A stretch of DNA of 61,302 nt, filler included, from Actinomycetota bacterium (GTDB lineage: Bacteria; Actinomycetota; Actinomycetes; JAKEEW01), in the NCBI GenBank assembly GCA_046725875.1. It is 4 parts of 4 records of this genome, joined end to end, with 100 filler letters (N's around TTAATTAATTAA, not from the genome) between each part and the next. Parts side by side here need not be neighbours in the genome. Positions count along the whole stretch, not along the records: positions 18,776 to 32,862 come from JBKOZJ010000019.1; 3 more parts are not named here. One strand, written 5' to 3'. Position 1 is the stretch's first letter, and each line of letters starts with the position of its first letter. This document shows, one piece after another, positions 19,860-29,297 of this stretch. The notes beneath the pieces are model-generated. The model did no database searches and was not told where the DNA came from. It worked only from the letters and a program-made list of their open reading frames with translations. The position numbers and the translations under genes were made by a program.

Positions 19860-20474
19860 TCATGGTGGGTTCCGGTGTTGGTTGACTACGGCCATCGCGA
19901 GGTCGGTGGCCCTGTCGTGCAGCTCGGCCTGGTCCAGGTCGGGGTGGAGTAGGGCGTACATGAGGACGGCGCCGATGAGGACGGCCTGCAGGTCGGCGGC
20001 AGCCGTCGCGTCGGGCAGCTCACCTTTGCGCACCGAGCGCTCGAGCACCTCGGCGATCTGATGGCGGCCGTCGGCGACGACGGTGGACCGAAAGCGTTGC
20101 ATGAGCGCGTGGTCGGAAGCGATGTCGCAGAGCAGACCGGGGAAGATGCGCCGGCCCAACGGGCCGGCCACCAGGGCCACGACGCGCGCGGACAGGGCCC
20201 CCATGTCGCCGGTGAGGTTGCCCCGGTCGTCCATAGGAGGCAGCTCGTCCGAAGAGTGCAGCATGAGGTCGAAGACCATCTCGGCCTTGGACGGCCAGCG
20301 GCGGTAGATGGAGGTCTTCGCCACCCCGGACCGAGCGGCCACGCCCTCGATGGTCAGGGCCCGGTAGCCGACTTCGTCGAGCAGCACTTGCACCGCCCGC
20401 TGCAACGCCTCGGTGGTGGCCTGGCCCCGAACCGGCCGACCGGCGACCACGCCCTCGTCGTTGCGTCTTGCCAC
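19860..20474 (-). CDS. TetR/AcrR family regulator
   Basis: LTIEGVAARSGVAKTSIYRRWPSK HTH; a GCTAC-N5-GTAGC palindrome (20494-20508) upstream may be its operator. Confidence 0.93.
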   Translation of the reverse strand: MARRNDEGVVAGRPVRGQATTEALQRAVQVLLDEVGYRALTIEGVAARSGVAKTSIYRRWPSKAEMVFDLMLHSSDELPPMDDRGNLTGDMGALSARVVALVAGPLGRRIFPGLLCDIASDHALMQRFRSTVVADGRHQIAEVLERSVRKGELPDATAAADLQAVLIGAVLMYALLHPDLDQAELHDRATDLAMAVVNQHRNPP

Positions 20475-20858
20475 CCATCCCTCCCACCGCTACGCTACGT
20501 ACAGTAGCACACTAGTCCGACATCGCATCGGCAAGACTTGGCGACCGGTGAGTCGGCGGGCGCGATCCCCAGCGGCTGTCGACGCCCTGTCCTCCGTGCT
20601 CATCGACGCCGACGCCCAGACCACCAGCTCGGCTCGTGCCGCACCACGCAGCGCGAGTAGAGCAGCAGCGGGTAGGTCGGAGCGGAGGCGTAAAACCAAA
20701 CCGCTGTAGTTCGCTGGGTTCGAACCGCCACCCATCTGATTGCTGCCGCCGTCGCAGCCCTCGATCGCCCACACGCGGCAATGGGCTTCCACAGGATGCC
20801 CCGGCAGCGTCCGGAAATGCTGCCGAGGGACGGCGAGGCCTTGGAATAGCCTGTCAGC

Positions 20859-21962
20859 GTGTCACTCGGCTGGTCTGGGGCTCTGGCATGGCGTATGCGG
20901 CAGCAGCTGCTCGACCCGGTCGGCAATGAATCGGTCGCCGGAGTGGTGCGCCGCCTCGGCGCCGTCCCGGCCCAGCGGGATGCTGCGGCCGAGCTTGCCG
21001 TCCGCGCCAGGCGGGAACGGTCCCGGTCGGGCGAAGTCGCTCGTGCCCTGGCCGAGGGTCGGATCATCAAAACGTTCGCGTTTCGCGGTGCTACCCACCT
21101 GGTGACGCCCGAGGAAGGTGGCGTCTACCTTGCCTTGCGGGCCGCCAGTCGGATGTGGGAGCTCCCCAGCTGGCAGAGCTTCTACCGCCTGACGCCATCC
21201 GACTGGCCACTCCTGCGCAGGGCGGTCCGAGAGGCGCTCGCCGACGGGCCGATGACCCTGGACGAGCTCGCGGCAGCGATCACCGCCCGGCCCAAGTTCC
21301 GGCATCTGGGCTTTGCCTTCGCCGACGGGGCCGGAACATTGCTGAAGCCGCTGGCGTGGCAGGGAGACATCAGCTTCGGCCCGCCACGAGATGGACGTGC
21401 GACATTCCAACGGCTGGACCACAACCCGCGCTGGGCGGGCGTGCCTGACCTCTACGAAGCTGGGATGCGTGCGGTCGAGGCGTACTTTCGGGCGTACGGG
21501 CCGGCGACGCCTGACAACGTTCATTATTGGCTCGGCGCAGGTCTGGGCGCCGGCCGCAAACGGATCCAATCCTGGATCGCCGGCTTCGGTGACCGCCTCC
21601 CTGCGGTGGACATCGAGGGAAAGTCCGCCTACGTCCTGCGCGAGGATCTCGAGGATCTAGCAACGACGCCCGCCACGACTACCGTTCGACTCCTGCCGGG
21701 ATACGACCAATGGGTCCTCGGCCCGGGCACGGGCGACGCCCACGTCGTGCCACCAGTCAGGCGGTCGCTAGTCAGCCGTCAGGCAAATATCGTGATCGTC
21801 GGTGGAGTTGTGTCCGCGACGTGGTCCCTGACCGACGACCAGGTCGCCGTTGCGTGGTTCGCCGAACGGGGGCCACCTCCGCGGCAGGCGCTGGCAGACG
21901 ATATCGCGCGGCTCGCCATGATCCTCGACCGTCCCCTTCAGTTCACTCTCCACACGGCGTAA
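20859..21962 (+). CDS. AlkZ/YcaQ-like (HTH_42) winged-helix DNA glycosylase family protein
   Basis: AWRMRQQLL, VPAQ, KTFAFRGATHLV, YFRAYGPAT, RLLPGYDQWVLG. Confidence 0.85.
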   Translation: MSLGWSGALAWRMRQQLLDPVGNESVAGVVRRLGAVPAQRDAAAELAVRARRERSRSGEVARALAEGRIIKTFAFRGATHLVTPEEGGVYLALRAASRMWELPSWQSFYRLTPSDWPLLRRAVREALADGPMTLDELAAAITARPKFRHLGFAFADGAGTLLKPLAWQGDISFGPPRDGRATFQRLDHNPRWAGVPDLYEAGMRAVEAYFRAYGPATPDNVHYWLGAGLGAGRKRIQSWIAGFGDRLPAVDIEGKSAYVLREDLEDLATTPATTTVRLLPGYDQWVLGPGTGDAHVVPPVRRSLVSRQANIVIVGGVVSATWSLTDDQVAVAWFAERGPPPRQALADDIARLAMILDRPLQFTLHTA

Positions 21963-22000
21963 GTGGTTCCGCTCCAAGCCGAAAGGTTGATCTGAGGTCT

Positions 22001-22870
22001 TCAGGCGGCCGCCCGTAGGACCGGGATCACCTCGAGGGCAAGGCATTCGGCCTGGCTGGCGAGATCGGTGCCGACTAGCGAGATGCTCATCGCGGTGAAG
22101 CCGAGCTCGACGAAGCCGGCAAGCCGTTCGGCGACAGCCTCCGCTGGACCTCCGATCACGCCATTGGTCAGGTGTGGGCGCCTGCTCAACTGGACCTGAA
22201 GGTGGTACGCGCAGGTGATGTCGGCCGGATCGCGACCGGCCCGGCGCGCAGCCTCGTACATCTTGTCACGCATGGCCACGACACGATCAGGCGGGGCAGA
22301 TCCATAGGACGGTATCCAGCCGTCGGCGAGCTGCCCGGTCGCGGCCAGCGCACGGTCACCGAAGGTTCCCAGCCAGATCGGGATCCGATGAGCCGGCTTG
22401 GGCTCGATGGTCGCGCGATCGGTGTGGTAAAGCCGCCCCGGAAAGGTGAAGTCCGACTGTGACCACAGGCCCCGAATAATGTGGATCGCCTCCGCCATTC
22501 CGTCGATCTTGTCGCGTGGTGTCGGCACCCCCAGCCCGAACGCCCGGAACTCGTCATCGGCAGAGCCCCCGCCAAGGCCGAGGACCAGCCTGCCGCCGGA
22601 GAGCCGATCGAGCGTCTCGGCCATCTTCGCGACCATCGCTGGTGGCCTGTACGGCACGCCGAGCACACGGGTGGCGATTCGGATCCTCGAGGTCGCCGCG
22701 GCGACCCACGTGAGCATCGTCCACGTCTCGTAGCTGGGCTCCGCGCCACACGGATGGTCGGAGGTGGAGACGAAGTCAAAGCCGAGCTGTTCGGCACGCA
22801 TCCCATCGCGGACCGGATCGGCGGCCTCTGCCGACGGGGAGACGCTGAGTCCGAAAAGCAGGTTCGTCAC
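22001..22870 (-). CDS. LLM-class flavin/F420-dependent oxidoreductase
   Basis: AEQLGFD...SDH, AKMAETLDRLSGGRLVLGLG, ADGWIPS. Confidence 0.92.
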   Translation of the reverse strand: MTNLLFGLSVSPSAEAADPVRDGMRAEQLGFDFVSTSDHPCGAEPSYETWTMLTWVAAATSRIRIATRVLGVPYRPPAMVAKMAETLDRLSGGRLVLGLGGGSADDEFRAFGLGVPTPRDKIDGMAEAIHIIRGLWSQSDFTFPGRLYHTDRATIEPKPAHRIPIWLGTFGDRALAATGQLADGWIPSYGSAPPDRVVAMRDKMYEAARRAGRDPADITCAYHLQVQLSRRPHLTNGVIGGPAEAVAERLAGFVELGFTAMSISLVGTDLASQAECLALEVIPVLRAAA

Positions 22871-22980
22871 GTCTTCACCATCTGGTTCTGTGTCGCGTCA
22901 TGGTGGCAAATGCGCGTGCACGAAACGCACACGGAAACAGGAGCGAGGGCCACGCAGAGATAAACGAGACGCCGCAGCAT
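22867..22980 (-). CDS. Candidate Cys-rich 37-aa leader peptide
   Basis: MLRRLVYLCVALAPVSVCVSCTRICHHDATQNQMVKT*; its stop overlaps the LLM start (GTGA). Confidence 0.35.
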   Translation of the reverse strand: MLRRLVYLCVALAPVSVCVSCTRICHHDATQNQMVKT

Positions 22981-23292
22981 GCTTCGAGCTTGCCCGAGCG
23001 CACTCTATAGATCTAATTACGATTTCTGTCGACCAACGTAAGCAAACGTTGATGGTTCGCCGGAGCAGAGGAGTCTCCACGGTTCCAGGGGATCTAGGCG
23101 ACGTTGGCGACCGCCTCATGACGGGTCGTTGGCCCCCAACTTGCCTCGGTTGCATCCGGTGATCTGCACTCATTCTGGGTAGCTGGTTGGCCGTGGTCGC
23201 CGTCCTGTTGGTCCAGTAGGCGAGGAAGGCGTAGCTGGTGCGGTGTGGATCGAGATGGCAAGTCGAGGTTCGCAGGTCGAACGGAGGATGTC

Positions 23293-23442
23293 ATGGCGAT
23301 GGTGACTGATCCAGTATGCGGGATGCGGATCGACCCAGACGACGCAGCCGCGACGGCCGAGTTCGGGGGCAAGAACTACTATTTCTGCTCCGAGGCCTGC
23401 GGCGTTCGGTTCGAGGCCGATCCGGCCATGTACGCTGCCTGA
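23293..23442 (+). CDS. YHS/TRASH domain small metal-binding protein
   Basis: DPVCGM...YYFCSEAC...F..DP..Y; GGAGG RBS. Confidence 0.9.
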   Translation: MAMVTDPVCGMRIDPDDAAATAEFGGKNYYFCSEACGVRFEADPAMYAA

Positions 23443-23454
23443 GCGCTCGCGGGC

Positions 23455-24668
23455 ATGGGTCGAGACCGACTGACCCTGGACGAGCTGGCCGAGCGAGCCG
23501 GCACCACGATCGAGCGCGTTCGCGAGCTGGTCCGTCTGGGACTGCTCGAGCCCGAGGCTGAGGCCTTTCGACGACGCGATGTGATGCGCGTGCGGGTCGT
23601 GCATGAGCTCGAGAGGAAAGGGATGTACCTGGACGCACTCGCCGTGGCCGTTGCTTCAGGCCATTTGAAGCTCGGGTACCTGGAGAGCGCGGGGCGGCGC
23701 TTCCCGCGGACGGACCGGACCTTTGCGGTATTCAGCGAGGAGCTGGGAATCCCGTTTGAGACGCTGCAGAGCTTGTATGTGGCTTTCGGTCTACCCAGAC
23801 CGCGCGAGGAGGAGTACGTACGGGAGGAGGATGCCCCGATCCTCAAGGCCCTCCGCGTCCTATTCGGGGCCGGGGTACCCCAGGGAGACGTACTCCGCGC
23901 CGGACGCATTTGGGAGACAGTGCCAGGCGGATTGCCCAATTCGAGACTCACTACGTCCACAACACAATCGAGGAGCAGTTTCGGCGACGGGGCTTGAGCG
24001 ACAATGAGGCCTTCGAGGCGGCGATCAGCGAGGTCGCGCTGCGGATGGGCCACTCCGGAGAGCAGATGCTGAGTTGGCTGTACCGACGGCACGCCGAGGT
24101 GTTCTTCACCGAGCATCAGTTCGACCACGTCGAAACCGCGCTCGAGGAAGCGAGCGTTCGCCAGAGGGCGCCCCGGCAGACCGAGGCCGCCGCATTCGCG
24201 GACCTCTCCGGGTACACGAGGCTCACCGAGGAGTCCGGGGACGACGTCGCTGCCCGGGTGTCGCTTACCCTCGCGCAGCTAGTGAACGAAGTCGCTGCCC
24301 AGCATCGGGGAGACGTCGTCAAGATGCTCGGTGACGGCGTCCATTTCCACTTCCGTAATCCGAGCGACGCGGTGAGGGCATCCCTAGAGATCGTCGAGGC
24401 CGTTGGCCCAAGAGGGCTCCCCCCTGCCCATGTGGGAGTCAACGCCGGGCCGATGATCTACGACGAGGGCGATTACTTTGGCCGAACCGTGAACATCGCC
24501 GCGCGGATCGCGTCACAGGCATCGGGGAATGACGTCTTCGTCGGCGAGGACCTCGTCCGCACCGTGGAACCGGTGGGGTTCCGCCTTTACGAAGTCGGGA
24601 AGTTTGACCTGAAGGGCATCGCCCAACCAGTGACGCTCTACAGGGCTGTGCGAGACGACTCGGGATAG
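23455..24668 (+). pseudogene. Class III adenylate cyclase with N-terminal HTH/regulatory domain, split by a 1-nt frameshift near 23912
   Basis: ORFs 23455-23997 and 23910-24668 join as GRIWGDSARR if one G is restored in TGGGAGAC. Catalytic motifs FADLSGYT, KMLGDG and DYFGRTVNIAARI are intact. Confidence 0.8.
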
Positions 24669-24928
24669 CGCCAGAGTGGCGGATGATCGACGAGACCGGG
24701 TCGCCCGAGAGGGGATACGGGGCACCCGATCACTAGCAAAGGATCTCGACTCTGGCGCGCGAAGGTTTGGTCCGTCAGCGTATCCATTGGCTCGAGTAAC
24801 CGCTCCTGCTTGATTGAGCTCGGACCGAAGGGATGCGTTGTTGCAATCAGACTGCAGATGCTCAGGGAATCGGACCAGAGCGCCGAGCATGTACCGGTCG
24901 CGCTACCAACGGAACCTAGGCTGGCAGG

Positions 24929-25753
24929 GTGGTGACGGAGTTCGACATTTCCACAGCTGACGGACGCACGCTGCATGCGTATGACCGCGGCCATAGCGAT
25001 CGGGCCGTCATGTGGCACCACGGCACTCCGAACATTGGTGCTCCGCCCCGGCCGCTGTTCGCGGCCGCCGACCGGCTGGGCATTCGGCTCATTTCCTATG
25101 ACCGGCCGGGGTACGGCGGATCGACACCGCATCCCGGCCGGGACATCGCCTCGGCTGCCGCCGACGCTGTTCTGGTCGCCGATGCGCTGTCCGTGTCGGA
25201 TTTCGCGGTGCTTGGACACTCCGGCGGCGGCTCCTACGCCCTCGCCTGCGCCGCCCTGTTCCCGGCCCGGGTGACCGCCGCGGTCAGCATCTCCGGCCTC
25301 GCGCCGTTCACCGCGGACGGACTGGACTGGTTCGCCGGAATGGGTCCTGGCAGTGCGGCCTCGCTGCGCGCGGCCGCTGCTGGACGGGCCGTCAAGGAGG
25401 CGCACGAGGCGACCGAATCCAGGCCGGACTTCCTGCCGGCCGACTGGGCCGCGCTCGATGGCGAGTGGGGCTGGTTCGGCAGTGTCGTCGGCCCTGCCCT
25501 GGCCGGTGGACCGGCCCCGCTGATCGACGACGATCTCGCCTACGTCCGTCCGTGGGGTTGCGATCCCGCCACCATCATTGCTCCGGTGCTGCTCATCCAC
25601 GGCAGTGATGACCTGATCGTGCCTAGCACCCATAGCGAATGGCTGTCCCGCCACATCTTCGGCGCTCAGCTGCGCATTGCGGGCCGAGACGGCCACATCT
25701 CCGTCCTGTCGGCCACGGCTGTCGAGGCCCTGGAGTGGCTCGCCGATACCTAG
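24929..25753 (+). CDS. Alpha/beta hydrolase
   Basis: HHGTP, YDRPGYG, GHSGGG, HGSDD, GHIS. Confidence 0.92.
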   Translation: MVTEFDISTADGRTLHAYDRGHSDRAVMWHHGTPNIGAPPRPLFAAADRLGIRLISYDRPGYGGSTPHPGRDIASAAADAVLVADALSVSDFAVLGHSGGGSYALACAALFPARVTAAVSISGLAPFTADGLDWFAGMGPGSAASLRAAAAGRAVKEAHEATESRPDFLPADWAALDGEWGWFGSVVGPALAGGPAPLIDDDLAYVRPWGCDPATIIAPVLLIHGSDDLIVPSTHSEWLSRHIFGAQLRIAGRDGHISVLSATAVEALEWLADT

Positions 25754-25854
25754 GCAGCGAGATCACCGAGGGCCCAGCCTTCGACGAGCGATGGACGACC
25801 TGTCGCTCCGGTATTCCGGTGTTCGGCGGTAGTGGGCATCCGTACCGTGAGGTC

Positions 25855-26469
25855 ATGAGCGACACGTCGAACAGTGGAGCCTCCCGGTCGATGCACGAGC
25901 GGATGCTTGCCGGTGATCCCTACATCGCGGACGACCCCGAACTCGGCGAGCTCAGCAGCACGGCCTTGGAGTTTGCGGCGGCTTACAACGCCACTTCAGT
26001 CCGCCAGGGCCCGCTGCGTCGCCGGTTGCTGGAGGAGTTGCTGGGGTCGATCGGTGAGGGCACGGAGATCCGACCGCCGCTTTACGTCGACTATGGCTCG
26101 CACATTCGGATCGGCGCTCGGTGCTTCGTCAATTTCGGTCTGGTGGCAATGGACGCGGCGGCCGTCACGATCGGCAATGATGCGCAAATTGGGCCGCACG
26201 TGCAGCTGCTTACTCCCACCCATCCGATCGAACCCGGGCCACGACGCGCGAAGTGGGAAGCTGCGAAGCCCATTACCATTGCGGACAATGTGTGGCTCGG
26301 CGGCGGCGTCATCGTGCTTGCTGGCGTCACCATCGGGACCAACACGGTGGTCGGCGCGGGGGGCGTGGTGACGCGCGACCTTCCTGCCAACATCGTGGCT
26401 GTCGGTAACCCCGCGCGCATCATCCGAAAGCTCGACGAAGCCTCCGACGCTGACCCTCACGATTCGTAA
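25855..26469 (+). CDS. Sugar (maltose/galactoside) O-acetyltransferase
   Basis: ERMLAGDPY, PPLYVDYG, hexapeptide repeats, VGNPAR. Confidence 0.92.
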   Translation: MSDTSNSGASRSMHERMLAGDPYIADDPELGELSSTALEFAAAYNATSVRQGPLRRRLLEELLGSIGEGTEIRPPLYVDYGSHIRIGARCFVNFGLVAMDAAAVTIGNDAQIGPHVQLLTPTHPIEPGPRRAKWEAAKPITIADNVWLGGGVIVLAGVTIGTNTVVGAGGVVTRDLPANIVAVGNPARIIRKLDEASDADPHDS

Positions 26470-26560
26470 CGAAATTCAGACGAAGCCTAGCCGCTCGACC
26501 ATGTAACGCCAGCAAAGCAAGGCGTGCTGTCATGCAGCGGATGCCCGACAGCTCCCGGGG

Positions 26561-26620
26561 AACGTGAAGGGCTGTTTCAACGGCTGCCAGCTCGCCCTCG
26601 AGCGCATGGCCGACGGTGGG
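26561..26620 (+). pseudogene. Short SDR dehydrogenase remnant
   Basis: NVKGCFNGCQLALERMADGG matches the helix after the SDR N-x-x-G motif; no start or flanking homology. Confidence 0.4.
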
Positions 26621-26675
26621 GCCGCTGGGAATCACATTCGCCACAATTGTTGATCGGTATCTGTAGCGTACGGCC

Positions 26676-27089
26676 GTGACCAACGCCGATCTCGTGGCCG
26701 AATTCCACCATGCTGTCGGAGATGACACGCCGAATGGACCTGAGGTCCCTGGTCTCGCGACGCTGGACCTGCGTGAGTCACTGGTCAAAGAGGAGTGCCG
26801 CGAGGTCGGCGAGGAGTTCGGAAGACTCCGGGAGCGGCTGAGCGGATCGGAGCCGATATCGATCGACGCGCTCGCTCCCCTAGCCCACGAACTTGCGGAC
26901 CTGCTTTACGTGACATACGGCACCTTTGTCGCCCTCGGCTTGCCCGCCGACGCCATCTTCGCGGAGGTGCACCGAGCGAACCTGGCAAAGTCGGCGGGTC
27001 CACGGCGGACAGACGGCAAGCAACTGAAGCCCGCCGGATGGAAGCCCGCCGACGTGCTGGCTGTCATACGCTCGGGGTGTCCCCGATAG
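26676..27089 (+). CDS. MazG-like all-alpha NTP pyrophosphatase/dUTPase (DR2231-type)
   Basis: EFH, LVKEECREV, ELADLLYVTYG, EVHRANLAK, DGKQLKP.GW. Confidence 0.88.
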   Translation: MTNADLVAEFHHAVGDDTPNGPEVPGLATLDLRESLVKEECREVGEEFGRLRERLSGSEPISIDALAPLAHELADLLYVTYGTFVALGLPADAIFAEVHRANLAKSAGPRRTDGKQLKPAGWKPADVLAVIRSGCPR

Positions 27090-27120
27090 GAATCGCCATT
27101 GCTCCCGCCGGCGGACAGGC

Positions 27121-27520
27121 TCACTTTGCGCCCCGACCTGAAGGACGGCATTGGCGAACGCGTCGGGGCTTCTTGGGCACGTTGTGGCCGATGCCGTCGA
27201 GGATTCGGTGCGTGTACGGGCCGGAGGATTTCTTGGCGTAGGCGCGTCCGTCGGTGGCCGCAGCGGCGGACGACGCAACGAGACGCTGGGCATCGACGAG
27301 GGTGCGTTCGGTAACAGCCAGGGCAAGCAGGGACAAGCCTACGGCGCCGGCGAGCAGCCATCCCATGCCCGGGGGCGTTCGCGCATCGTGGGCATGCTCG
27401 ATCAGGCTGACCCTGGCGGCGCCGGCGGCTGCGATGGACATGGTGATTGGCAGGTGGCTGAACAGCCAGTTCGCGATCGCTCGGCCTTCGCTTCGCGGCA
27501 GCTGACGGCCGACCAGGCCG
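27121..27520 (-). pseudogene. Fused remnants: LtrA-family internal fragment followed by an alpha/beta hydrolase C-terminus
   Basis: GRQLPRSEGRAIANWLFSHLPITMSIAAAGA..SLIEH (LtrA-like) runs into DGRAYAKK.SGPYTHRILDGIGHNVP/EAP/DAFANAVLQV with frameshifts. Confidence 0.6.
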
Positions 27521-27664
27521 AAGCGGATGTCGAATTCGCCGGCCCGGCTTCGACGTACCAGTGTCGGGGCGACACAAAGCGACCGCTGGGAGCGAGCGAT
27601 GAGTTCTATGGCAACGGACAGTCCATACAGTCGACAGCCGCCAACTGGCGAGGAGGACAAGGCG

Positions 27665-29149
27665 ATGGATGGACCTGGCGTCCCGCGCAGGACCTTGGAC
27701 AGCCGGGCGCGCTGGCTCGCGCTGGTCGTCCTCTGCCTTGGGGACCTGATGATCGTGTTGGACGTGACGATCGTGGGTGTCGCGCTACCGTCGATCAGGG
27801 AGGATCTCGGGTTCTCCGAGACGTCCCTGGCGTGGGTGGTAAACGCGTATCTGATCATCTTCGGCGGCTTCCTCTTGCTCGGTGGCCGCCTGGGTGATCT
27901 CCTCGGCCACCGGCGGATGTTCCTGGCTGGAATCGCGTTGTTTACCACGGCCTCGGCCATCTGTGGGTTGGCGAACTCGCAGGGCATGCTCGTGGGTGCC
28001 CGTGCGGTGCAGGGGCTGGGCGGCGCGGTCGTGTCCGCGGTGGCACTGTCCTTGATGATGACGCTGTTCACCGAGCCGGCCGAGCGGGCGCAGGCCATGG
28101 GCGTCTTCGGTTTCGTGGCCGCGGGTGGAGGGTCGCTCGGCGTGCTCCTCGGTGGAATCTTGACCGATGTGCTCACCTGGCACTGGATCTTCCTGGTGAA
28201 CGTACCGGTCGGGATCTTGGTCTTGGTCCTCACGCTGCTGCTGATCCCGCCCGCCGGAGCCGGTGCGGTCAAGCGGCGGCTGGATGTAGGTGGCGCCGTA
28301 ACCGTGACGCTGTCGCTAGTGATCGCTGTCTACGCGATCGTCAACGGGAACGCGTGGGGATGGACATCAGGGCGAACGCTGGGCCTGCTGGGCGCGGCCG
28401 GCGTACTCCTCGCCCTCTTTCTTGTTCTCGAGGCACGCGTCGATTCCCCCTTGATGCCGCTCGGCCTGTTCCGGCTGCGGAACGTGTCGACCGCGAACGT
28501 GGTCGGGGTGCTGTGGGCGGCGGCGATGTTCGCTTGGTTCTTCCTCTCCGCGCTCTATCTCCAGCTGGTGCTGGGCTACAGCCCGCTCCAAGTAGGGCTG
28601 GCGTTCCTGCCGGCGAACCTGATCATGGCGGTGTTTTCGATCGGCCTGTCGGCCAAGCTGGTCCTGCGGTTCGGTATCGCGCGGCCGCTGGCCACCGGTC
28701 TGTTGCTCGCGGCGCTCGGGCTGGCTCTGTTCGCCCGTGCCCCGGTGGACGGAACCTTCATCGTCGACGTGCTGCCCAGCATGGTTCTGCTCGGCTTCGG
28801 TGCCGGAATGGCGTTCAACCCCGTACTCCTGGCCGCGATGAGCGACGTCGCTCCGGAGGAATCGGGCCTCGCTTCCGGTGTTGTGAACACCTCCTTCATG
28901 ATGGGCGGCGCGCTCGGTCTGTCCGTGCTGGCCAGCCTCGCCGCCGCGCGCACCGACGACCTCCTCGCCTCGGGCGACGGCCTGCTTCCCGCCCTCAACG
29001 GCGGTTACCAGCTCGCGTTCCTCATTGGCGCTCTCTTCGCGTTCCTAGCCGCCGTCATCGGAGCAGTACGCATCCGTGCCGGAGGGTATGAGCCTGCCGA
29101 GCAAAGCGATCTGGCGGTCGCAGAGGCCGCCGCCGCAGAGGCTGGGTAG
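27665..29149 (+). CDS. DHA2 family (EmrB/QacA) MFS efflux transporter
   Basis: DVTIVGVALPSI, WVVNAY, GGRLGDLLG, WHWIFLVNVP; GAGGAGG RBS before ATG 27665. Confidence 0.93.
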   Translation: MDGPGVPRRTLDSRARWLALVVLCLGDLMIVLDVTIVGVALPSIREDLGFSETSLAWVVNAYLIIFGGFLLLGGRLGDLLGHRRMFLAGIALFTTASAICGLANSQGMLVGARAVQGLGGAVVSAVALSLMMTLFTEPAERAQAMGVFGFVAAGGGSLGVLLGGILTDVLTWHWIFLVNVPVGILVLVLTLLLIPPAGAGAVKRRLDVGGAVTVTLSLVIAVYAIVNGNAWGWTSGRTLGLLGAAGVLLALFLVLEARVDSPLMPLGLFRLRNVSTANVVGVLWAAAMFAWFFLSALYLQLVLGYSPLQVGLAFLPANLIMAVFSIGLSAKLVLRFGIARPLATGLLLAALGLALFARAPVDGTFIVDVLPSMVLLGFGAGMAFNPVLLAAMSDVAPEESGLASGVVNTSFMMGGALGLSVLASLAAARTDDLLASGDGLLPALNGGYQLAFLIGALFAFLAAVIGAVRIRAGGYEPAEQSDLAVAEAAAAEAG

Positions 29150-29297
29150 GAAACGGGGGAGGGCGCCTACGCCGCCGTCATTGCTACAGATTGTTCGCCA
29201 CCTCGTCCGACGAGTCCGGCGATGACATGGCAGGTGAGGGAAGCTAGCCGACACCGGTGCTGGAGGCTGTGCGGCTCGTGCGTGCGATCCTGACGCG

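Noticed and set aside
20700..20740. GGTTCGAACC resembling a tRNA T-loop or att site
   Set aside because: No complete T-stem, acceptor stem or anticodon arm on either strand.
20745..20780. RVWAIEGCDG on the minus strand resembling an IS110 transposase motif
   Set aside because: Only about 10 residues match and the flanks do not extend the similarity; too little to call a mobile element.
23066..23160. AGAGGAG followed by FQGI*ATLATA..DGSL, faintly like a DapA-family N-terminus
   Set aside because: Needs a mutated start, a stop read-through and a frameshift; not supportable by eye.
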